A DNA stretch of 8,542 nucleotides, from the IMG/VR virus record IMGVR_UViG_2541047699_000003; one strand, given 5' to 3'. Shown here piece by piece: positions 1 to 5,666 of this stretch. The notes beneath the pieces are model-generated. The model was not told the origin of the DNA and did not search any database. It worked only from the letters and a program-made list of their open reading frames with translations. The stretch's first letter is position 1. Each line of letters begins with the position of its first letter. Position numbers and translations under genes: made by a program. Source of the DNA: a virus. Its lineage: Duplodnaviria; Heunggongvirae; Uroviricota; Caudoviricetes.

Positions 1-1458
1 GCGTATGACCTTGCTAACGGGAAATACACTGCACAGGATGCCACCACAGCGCGAAAAGGTCTTGTCCAGCTCAGTAGCGCCACCAACAGTGATTCTGAAA
101 CGCTGGCCGCAACACCAAAAGCGGTGAAGTCTGCCTATGACAATGCTGAAAAACGTCTTCAGAAAGATCAGAACGGTGCGGATATTCCGGGAAAGGATAC
201 CTTCACGAAAAATATCGGTGCCTGTCGTGCTTATAGCGGCGCTTTGAGCACTGAAGCCGGAAACTGGACAACCGCTCAGTTTATTGAATGGCTGGATTCC
301 CGTGGTGCATTTAATCATCCGTACTGGATGTGCAAAGGCTCCTGGTCATATGCAAATAACAAAATCATTACGGATACCGGATGTGGTGATATCAACCTGG
401 CTGGTTGTGTCGTCGAGGTCATGGGAACTAAATCTGCAATCACTATTCGAGTGACCACGCCGACAACATCAAGTGGTGGCGGTACAACCAGCGCGCAATT
501 CACTTACATTAATCATGGGGACGGCTACTCCCCCGGCTGGCGTCGTGACTGGAATCGTCAGGGCGACGCAATGACCGGAACGATTAATCAGGATGGCGGA
601 AGCCAGAATGCCTATATGTCTACGGCCTTATGTTCAGGCACCAGAGGCGGCAAAAAATATCTCAGAAAGTTTCGTGGTGGAGAAGGAGACATTATCTGGC
701 ATGAAACAGTACAGGGCGGGGTAATTCGCTGGGCGACAGGAAACTATGACGCTAAGGAAGAATTATCCCTCAGCTCCGCTTATGGTCTCCGTTCAAGAGG
801 TGAGATTACATCACTCAGTGCTAATGGTCTGCGCATTGCTTATGGCAATTATGGATTCTTTATCAGGAATGATGGCGGCAGAACATATTTAATGCTGACG
901 GCCTCTGGCGATAAATTTGGGACATGGAACGGTTTAAGGCCGCTGACTATCAATAACGCTAATGGCGGAGTGTCAATGGGGCATGGCCTGAGTGTTACTG
1001 GTGATATTGCCTCAAGTACCAAAGTACGTGCCGGTAGCGGGAAAAAATTCACGGTCAGCAGCAGCAATACATCCACGAAGGAAGCCGCATTCAATTTGTG
1101 GGGAAACTCAAGTCGTCCGGTGGTGGCTGAATTAGGTGATGATGCAGGCTGGCATTTTTACAGTCAGAGAAATACAGATAACAGCATCACTTTTGCTGTT
1201 AACGGGCAGGTATCACCATCTAACTATAGTAATTTTGATTCACGCTATGTCCGGGATATCCGGCTTGGTGGTGCTGCCACATACAAACCTGCGAACAATG
1301 GCATGACATGGACACATCAGGCACCGTCCGGGTGTGTATATTCCGGCATTATTGTTCAGGATACCAGCTCAAACTCTGCCGATAACATTGGTGGCGTATA
1401 TTACAGACCGGTGCAGAAATACATTAACGGGACTTGGTATAACGTGGCGCAGGTATAA
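1..1458 (+). CDS. H: Tail fibre protein, C-terminal ~485 codons (5' end lies upstream of the window)
   Basis: Frame 1 is open from base 1 (AYDLANGKYTAQDATTARKGLVQLSSATNSDSETLAATPKAVKSAYDNAEKR...), a motif I recognise from P2-type tail fibre proteins; the ATG at 124 in the ORF track is internal. TAA stop at 1456-1458 is followed 3 nt later by the chaperone start. Gly/Ser/Thr-rich repetitive composition typical of fibre shafts. Confidence 0.88.
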   Translation, partial: AYDLANGKYTAQDATTARKGLVQLSSATNSDSETLAATPKAVKSAYDNAEKRLQKDQNGADIPGKDTFTKNIGACRAYSGALSTEAGNWTTAQFIEWLDSRGAFNHPYWMCKGSWSYANNKIITDTGCGDINLAGCVVEVMGTKSAITIRVTTPTTSSGGGTTSAQFTYINHGDGYSPGWRRDWNRQGDAMTGTINQDGGSQNAYMSTALCSGTRGGKKYLRKFRGGEGDIIWHETVQGGVIRWATGNYDAKEELSLSSAYGLRSRGEITSLSANGLRIAYGNYGFFIRNDGGRTYLMLTASGDKFGTWNGLRPLTINNANGGVSMGHGLSVTGDIASSTKVRAGSGKKFTVSSSNTSTKEAAFNLWGNSSRPVVAELGDDAGWHFYSQRNTDNSITFAVNGQVSPSNYSNFDSRYVRDIRLGGAATYKPANNGMTWTHQAPSGCVYSGIIVQDTSSNSADNIGGVYYRPVQKYINGTWYNVAQV

Positions 1459-1461
1459 TTT

Positions 1462-1989
1462 ATGCAGCATTTGATAAATATAACGGCAGGTAATCCAAAA
1501 ACGGTTGAACAATATCAATTGACAAAGGACTTTGATGTTGTCTGGTTTTTTTCAGAAGATGGTAAGAACTGGTACGAAGAACAAAAGTATTTTGCTGATG
1601 ACACGATAAAAATAGCGTACGACAAAGATAATATTATCCGCTATGTGGAAAAGGATGTGACAGCTATCAGACCGGATGGATTAAGTGTGGTTGAAGTGGC
1701 GGATATTACTGCTAATCGGCGGGCGGACATTTCAGGGGGCTGGATGTTTAAGGACGGCAAAGTGATTAAACGCATTTATACGGCAGAGGAATTGCAGCAG
1801 CAGGCAGAAAATCGGAAAGCCAGACTTCTTGCAGATGCTGAATCCGTGATTTTGCCGCTGGAGCGCGCGGTCAGACTGAACATGGCAACAGATGAGGAGC
1901 GTAGCCGACTGGATGCATGGGAGCGTTACAGCGTTCTGGTCAGTCGTGTGGATCCTGCAAATCCTGAATGGCCGGAAATGCCGCAATAA
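1462..1989 (+). CDS. G: Tail fibre assembly chaperone (Tfa, P2 gpG-like)
   Basis: 175 aa, same length as P2 gpG as I recall it. N-terminus [22 protein letters not shown] and C-terminus ...[14 protein letters not shown] are characteristic of enterobacterial Tfa proteins. Start sits 3 nt after the fibre stop, consistent with translational coupling. Confidence 0.88.
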   Translation: MQHLINITAGNPKTVEQYQLTKDFDVVWFFSEDGKNWYEEQKYFADDTIKIAYDKDNIIRYVEKDVTAIRPDGLSVVEVADITANRRADISGGWMFKDGKVIKRIYTAEELQQQAENRKARLLADAESVILPLERAVRLNMATDEERSRLDAWERYSVLVSRVDPANPEWPEMPQ

Positions 1990-2023
1990 GTTGTATGAGC
2001 TCTGGTGTGAGCTTACATATCTA

Positions 2024-2065
2024 TGGCACAGAGTAAAGACTAATCTGACAGTCCGCTCTGTGCCA
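2024..2065. repeat. Perfect 10-bp inverted repeat (TGGCACAGAG / CTCTGTGCCA) with a 22-nt spacer, 35 nt downstream of the G stop
   Basis: Read directly: 2024-2033 tggcacagag and 2056-2065 ctctgtgcca are exact reverse complements. Followed by AAAAAC on the + strand, so not a canonical intrinsic terminator in either direction. Confidence 0.6.
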
Positions 2066-2131
2066 AAAACGGACATGTCAAAGCGCAGAGTGAATGGCTA
2101 AGTCTAGCTCATTAGAAATGTTCGCTTCATG

Positions 2132-2173
2132 AAAATGGCTGCAGCAAGGATCTATCTCACTGCGGCCTCTTTA
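2132..2173 (-). terminator. Putative intrinsic terminator for the minus-strand cargo gene, possibly weakly bidirectional
   Basis: Stem 2137-2144 (ggctgcag) pairs with 2160-2167 (ctgcggcc): 8 bp with one G-U, 15-nt loop. On the minus-strand transcript the stem is followed by AUUUUC (complement of 2131-2136), about 27 nt downstream of the cargo stop at 2194. On the + strand it is followed by a weaker UCUUU. Confidence 0.45.
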
Positions 2174-2193
2174 CAATAACGAAATTTTGCGAG

Positions 2194-2949
2194 CTATTCC
2201 TTGGCCTCTTTATTTTTCTCGCCATCGCCAATGTAAAGAAGATAATCGTTTAAGGATATCCTTCCGGAGGGGCCGGTCCATGTTATCCATCCGTTCTCAC
2301 GAAGATTAAATAATGCTTCCATGAACTCATTATCGTTAAAAGAATGATCCTCTGAGAACAGAATGTTCATTTTTCTCAATAGTTCTTCCACTTTAATCTT
2401 TTCATATCGCCTTATCAGACTTAGTGCTTTACGACGCATTAAGATTGTAGGTACTGCTTGTGAACGAATGGTTTTTTGTATTCCACTATCAAGAACTTTC
2501 TTGATCTTACTCTCTAACTCTTTGATTTTAGTTTCATTATCTCCATTGGACTTAAGCTTTTCATCAACGATGCAAATAATTTCCTGACTAATGCTGTTCT
2601 TGAGGTTGTTTATTTTTTCTTCATTGTTGAGAATCTCATCAGAGCTTCCTGCATGGGGTTTTTTCCATATGTGCTGACGCATATCCGTTACCGTATCTCT
2701 CATCATAGAGAATGTATCTGAATATAACTTGTCAAATATTTTTTCCAGTCGTTCGACACTTGCCTGGATGTCTTTTGCTGCTTTAGTTGTCTCTTTAGAA
2801 GCCTCATTCGACATTTTATAAAAAACAAAAGAAAGCCAAATAGCCCCAATGGCGAGTACTAATGAGGCTATTGTGGCAATAAAACCTATTATTGTTATTG
2901 CTGTATCTAATGTACCTGCTGCATCTGTGACTACTGTTTCTGCTGCCAT
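2194..2949 (-). CDS. Hypothetical membrane-anchored protein, 251 aa; cargo gene at the P2 Z/fun-equivalent locus, candidate anti-phage / abortive-infection or lysogenic-conversion protein
   Basis: Intact 251-codon ORF opposite to all flanking tail genes. ATG at 2949 is preceded by GAGGA (2957-2953) with a 3-nt spacer. Residues ~17-44 (AITIIGFIATIASLVLAIGAIWLSFVFY, nt ~2818-2901) form a 28-residue hydrophobic segment; the rest is K/E-rich, helical-looking and soluble. AT-rich relative to neighbours: my counts on 60-nt samples give 24/60 and 20/60 G+C inside the gene versus 38/60 in the sheath gene. Function is inference from genomic context only. Confidence 0.75.
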   Translation of the reverse strand: MAAETVVTDAAGTLDTAITIIGFIATIASLVLAIGAIWLSFVFYKMSNEASKETTKAAKDIQASVERLEKIFDKLYSDTFSMMRDTVTDMRQHIWKKPHAGSSDEILNNEEKINNLKNSISQEIICIVDEKLKSNGDNETKIKELESKIKKVLDSGIQKTIRSQAVPTILMRRKALSLIRRYEKIKVEELLRKMNILFSEDHSFNDNEFMEALFNLRENGWITWTGPSGRISLNDYLLYIGDGEKNKEAKE

Positions 2950-3110
2950 ATATCCTCAATATTTAACCATACAGGGTAGCGTGTTTTAACCGCGGGGAAG
3001 TCGGGGTGGTGACACCCTAGCCTTACCCCGATTCCAGAGTATTTATTTATCATACCATTGAAACTATTTAATTTTATCGAAAATTTTGTCAGAGCGTGAC
3101 TGAAAAGTCT
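2950..3110 (-). promoter_or_regulatory. Probable promoter / 5' leader region for the cargo gene
   Basis: Non-coding, very AT-rich block (3040-3100) directly upstream of the minus-strand start. -35/-10 elements could not be placed confidently by eye (a CTGACA-like hexamer in the reverse complement of ~3086-3091 is one possibility). Confidence 0.3.
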
Positions 3111-3336
3111 TCAGCACGTCAAGCATATCGTCGCCGTTCAATTAACACTGAGCCTTTTCTTAGAGGGGTGGGCTGCGCAGTTGCGAGGTTATGCCCCAGT
3201 TCCTGGTTCCTCACTACATTCTAATTAAGCCGGCCAACTAAATGTCCGCTTTTCGCTCAAAGCAGACTGTCAGATTTGATAGCGTTTGGGCTAGGTAAAT
3301 TGTCAGTTGAAAAATGAGTGAGTACAAATCAGGACG

Positions 3337-3363
3337 GGCGGGCGAGTTGCCCGCCTTTTCTTT
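3337..3363 (+). terminator. Rho-independent terminator (+ strand) immediately upstream of the FI promoter
   Basis: GGCGGGC (3337-3343), loop GAGTT (3344-3348), GCCCGCC (3349-3355): 7-bp GC-only stem followed by TTTTCTTT (3356-3363). The minus-strand version lacks a U-tract, so it is oriented for + strand transcripts. Confidence 0.7.
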
Positions 3364-3364
3364 A

Positions 3365-3445
3365 ATCTGTTGTTTCATCCACTGACCAGTCAGGTCAAAT
3401 AGCGTCTTATGCACTGCCCAACAGAAAATAGTTGCACCCATTAAC
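3365..3445 (+). promoter_or_regulatory. Putative Ogr-dependent late promoter (PF-equivalent) for the FI-FII-E-T-U operon
   Basis: Positionally equivalent to the P2 PF late promoter. Contains the dyad CTGAC-CA-GTCAG (3382-3393) roughly 70-80 nt upstream of the FI ATG. No exact TGT-N12-ACA match was found, hence low confidence. Confidence 0.35.
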
Positions 3446-3460
3446 CACGGAGTTAAACGG

Positions 3461-4651
3461 ATGAGTGACTATCATCACGGCGTGCAGGTGCTGGAGATTA
3501 ACGACGGCACCCGCGTCATTTCCACCGTATCCACTGCCATTGTCGGCATGGTCTGCACGGCCAGCGATGCGGATGCGGAAACCTTTCCTCTCAATAAACC
3601 TGTACTGATTACCAATGTGCAGAGCGCAATTGCAAAGGCCGGTAAAAAAGGCACGCTGGCGGCGTCGTTGCAGGCCATCGCTGACCAGTCAAAACCGGTC
3701 ACCGTTGTCGTGCGCGTGGAAGACGGCACCGGTGATGACGAGGAAACGAAACTCGCGCAGACTGTTTCCAATATCATCGGCACCACCGACGAAAACGGTC
3801 AGTACACCGGACTGAAAGCCCTGATGGGGGCTGAGTCGGTTACCGGCGTTAAACCGCGCATTCTCGGCGTACCGGGACTGGACACCAAAGAGGTCGCCGT
3901 CGCACTGGCATCGGTATGCCAGGAACTGAATGCCTTCGGGTATATCAGCGCATGGGGTTGTAAAACCATTTCCGAGGTGAAAGCCTACCGCCAGAATTTC
4001 AGCCAGCGTGAGCTGATGGTTATCTGGCCGGATTTCCTCGCATGGGATACGGTTACCAGTACCACCGCCACCGCGTATGCCACCGCTCGTGCGCTGGGTC
4101 TGCGCGCTAAAATCGACCAGGAGCAGGGCTGGCATAAAACGCTGTCCAACGTCGGGGTGAACGGTGTTACCGGCATCAGTGCATCCGTCTTCTGGGATTT
4201 GCAGAAGCCAGGCACTGATGCTGACCTGCTGAACGAGGCAGGCGTCACAACGCTGGTTCGCCGCGACGGTTTTCGTTTCTGGGGTAACCGTACCTGCTCT
4301 GATGACCCGCTGTTCCTCTTTGAAAGCTACACACGCACCGCGCAGGTACTGGCCGACACGATGGCTGAGGCGCACATGTGGGCTATTGATAAGCCCATCA
4401 CCGCAACGCTGATTCGCGACATCGTTGACGGCATCAATGCCAAATTCCGTGAACTGAAAAACAACGGTTATATCGTGGATGGCACATGCTGGTTCAGCGA
4501 AGAATCCAACGATGCGGAAACCCTCAAGGCCGGAAAACTGTATATCGACTACGACTATACCCCGGTGCCTCCTCTCGAAAACCTGACCCTGCGCCAGCGT
4601 ATTACTTCCAGATACCTGGCAAGTCTGGTCACTTCGGTTAACAGCAATTAA
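3461..4651 (+). CDS. FI: Contractile tail sheath protein (P2 gpFI-like)
   Basis: 396 aa, the length I recall for P2 gpFI. N-terminus MSDYHHGVQVLEINDGTRVISTVSTAIVGMVCTASDADAETFPLNKPVLITNVQ matches my memory of the P2 sheath protein. GGAG RBS at 3448-3451. Confidence 0.95.
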   Translation: MSDYHHGVQVLEINDGTRVISTVSTAIVGMVCTASDADAETFPLNKPVLITNVQSAIAKAGKKGTLAASLQAIADQSKPVTVVVRVEDGTGDDEETKLAQTVSNIIGTTDENGQYTGLKALMGAESVTGVKPRILGVPGLDTKEVAVALASVCQELNAFGYISAWGCKTISEVKAYRQNFSQRELMVIWPDFLAWDTVTSTTATAYATARALGLRAKIDQEQGWHKTLSNVGVNGVTGISASVFWDLQKPGTDADLLNEAGVTTLVRRDGFRFWGNRTCSDDPLFLFESYTRTAQVLADTMAEAHMWAIDKPITATLIRDIVDGINAKFRELKNNGYIVDGTCWFSEESNDAETLKAGKLYIDYDYTPVPPLENLTLRQRITSRYLASLVTSVNSN

Positions 4652-4663
4652 GGAGCCTGACCG

Positions 4664-5182
4664 ATGGCAATGCCGCGCAAACTCAAGTTAATGAACGTCT
4701 TTCTGAACGGCTACAGCTATCAGGGCGTTGCAAAGTCCGTCACGCTGCCAAAACTGACCCGTAAGCTCGAAAACTATCGAGGTGCGGGGATGAACGGCAG
4801 CGCACCGGTAGACCTCGGCCTTGATGACGATGCGCTGTCAATGGAGTGGTCGCTCGGGGGCTTCCCGGATTCGGTTATCTGGGAGCTTTACGCCGCAACC
4901 GGCGTGGATGCCGTGCCGATTCGTTTTGCTGGCTCTTACCAGCGCGACGATACCGGCGAAACGGTGGCCGTCGAGGTGGTCATGCGTGGACGTCAGAAAG
5001 AAATCGACACCGGCGAGGGTAAACAGGGAGAAGACACCGAGTCGAAAATCTCCGTGGTCTGCACCTATTTCCGGCTGACGATGGACGGTAAGGAGCTGGT
5101 CGAAATCGACACCATCAACATGATTGAGAAGGTGAACGGCGTCGACCGGCTGGAGCAACACCGCCGCAATATCGGCCTGTGA
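4664..5182 (+). CDS. FII: Tail tube protein (P2 gpFII-like)
   Basis: 172 aa, immediately after the sheath gene with AAGGAG RBS at 4651-4656. Sequence MAMPRKLKLMNVFLNGYSYQGVAKSVTLPKL... is typical of Peduovirus tube proteins; sheath-tube order conserved. Confidence 0.95.
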   Translation: MAMPRKLKLMNVFLNGYSYQGVAKSVTLPKLTRKLENYRGAGMNGSAPVDLGLDDDALSMEWSLGGFPDSVIWELYAATGVDAVPIRFAGSYQRDDTGETVAVEVVMRGRQKEIDTGEGKQGEDTESKISVVCTYFRLTMDGKELVEIDTINMIEKVNGVDRLEQHRRNIGL

Positions 5183-5238
5183 TTTTCATCCGGTCAGCCA
5201 GGCTGACCGGTTAACCCTGATTCAGAAGTGAGAAAACC

Positions 5239-5514
5239 ATGAACAAAGAAAATGTGATTACCCTGGACAATCCGGTCAAGCGTGGTGAGCAGGTTATCGA
5301 ACAGGTCACGCTGATGAAACCTAATGCCGGGACGCTGCGCGGTGTCAGTCTGGCTGCGGTCGCAAACTCCGAAGTCGATGCACTGATTAAGGTGCTGCCG
5401 CGCATGACGGCACCGATGCTGACCGAGCAGGAGGTCGCCGCGCTGGAACTGCCTGACCTTGTGGCGCTGGCCGGTAAGGTGGTCGGTTTTTTGTCTCCGA
5501 ACTCGGTGCAGTGA
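5239..5514 (+). CDS. E: Tail assembly chaperone gpE (zero-frame product)
   Basis: 91 aa ORF between the tube and tape measure genes, the conserved position of the tape-measure chaperone. Ends just after a T6G slippery run. Confidence 0.88.
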   Translation: MNKENVITLDNPVKRGEQVIEQVTLMKPNAGTLRGVSLAAVANSEVDALIKVLPRMTAPMLTEQEVAALELPDLVALAGKVVGFLSPNSVQ

Positions 5515-5666
5515 CGTTTCCGAAAAATCTGTCGGTCGATGACCTGATGGCAGATGTGGCAGTGATATTTCACTGGCCGCCATCAGAACTGTATCCCATG
5601 AGCCTGACCGAACTCATCACATGGCGCGAAAAGGCGCTCCGGCGAAGCGGAAGCACGAATGAGTAA
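5239..5666 (+). CDS. E+E': gpE+E' fusion chaperone made by -1 programmed ribosomal frameshift (join 5239..5490, 5490..5666)
   Basis: Slippery run GGTTTTTTG at 5485-5493. Slipping back 1 nt after the TTT codon at 5488-5490 opens a frame that runs 58 codons to TAA at 5664-5666. 84 + 58 = 142 aa, the size I recall for P2 gpE+E'. The E' stop overlaps the T start (ATGAGTAA, 5659-5666). Confidence 0.8.
5485..5493 (+). other. -1 programmed ribosomal frameshift slippery site (G GTT TTT TG)
   Basis: T6 run followed by G in the last codons of E; the -1 frame is open from here to 5666. Analogous to the P2 E/E' and lambda G/GT frameshifts. Confidence 0.75.

Noticed and set aside
1732-2101. 114-aa minus ORF and 69-aa plus ORF spanning the G 3' end and downstream hairpin
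   Set aside because: Both overlap the chaperone gene or the palindromic intergenic DNA, have no RBS and Cys/His/Arg-rich nonsense-like composition; the plus ORF runs through the inverted repeat.
2363-2587. 74-aa plus-strand ORF inside the cargo gene
   Set aside because: Antisense to the 251-aa ORF, which has the better start context and coherent protein architecture; Ser/Leu/Ile-rich translation expected from AT-rich antisense.
2194-2949. Possible HEPN (R-x4-6-H), Walker A or nuclease motifs in the cargo protein
   Set aside because: Scanned the translation by eye: no GxxxxGK[ST], no R-x(4-6)-H with correct spacing, no obvious acidic catalytic triad pattern. The function cannot be assigned from motifs.
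3238-3441. 67-aa minus-strand ORF overlapping the terminator and FI promoter region (and tiny plus-strand ORFs of 16-23 aa at 3191, 3242, 3314)
   Set aside because: It crosses the GC hairpin and promoter, has no convincing RBS, and the small plus ORFs are too short and lack SD sequences; more likely regulatory non-coding DNA.
2950-3460. tRNA gene or att core that might mark an integration site
   Set aside because: No cloverleaf-compatible sequence or direct repeats flanking the island were recognisable; the island is internal to a phage operon, so moron-type acquisition is more plausible than site-specific integration.
3689-4375. 228-aa ORF on the minus strand inside the tail sheath gene (also 3475-3786 and 3985-4248 minus, 3615-3815 plus)
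   Set aside because: Entirely antisense to, or out of frame within, a confidently identified sheath gene; Arg/Gly/Cys-rich low-complexity translation typical of spurious open frames opposite GC-rich coding DNA; no RBS.
4821-5583. Overlapping ORFs in alternate frames across FII and E (4821-5078 plus, 4838-5161 minus, 5194-5583 minus, 5211-5573 minus)
   Set aside because: All overlap well-supported tail genes and lack start contexts; the only genuine alternate-frame coding here is the E' frameshift extension.
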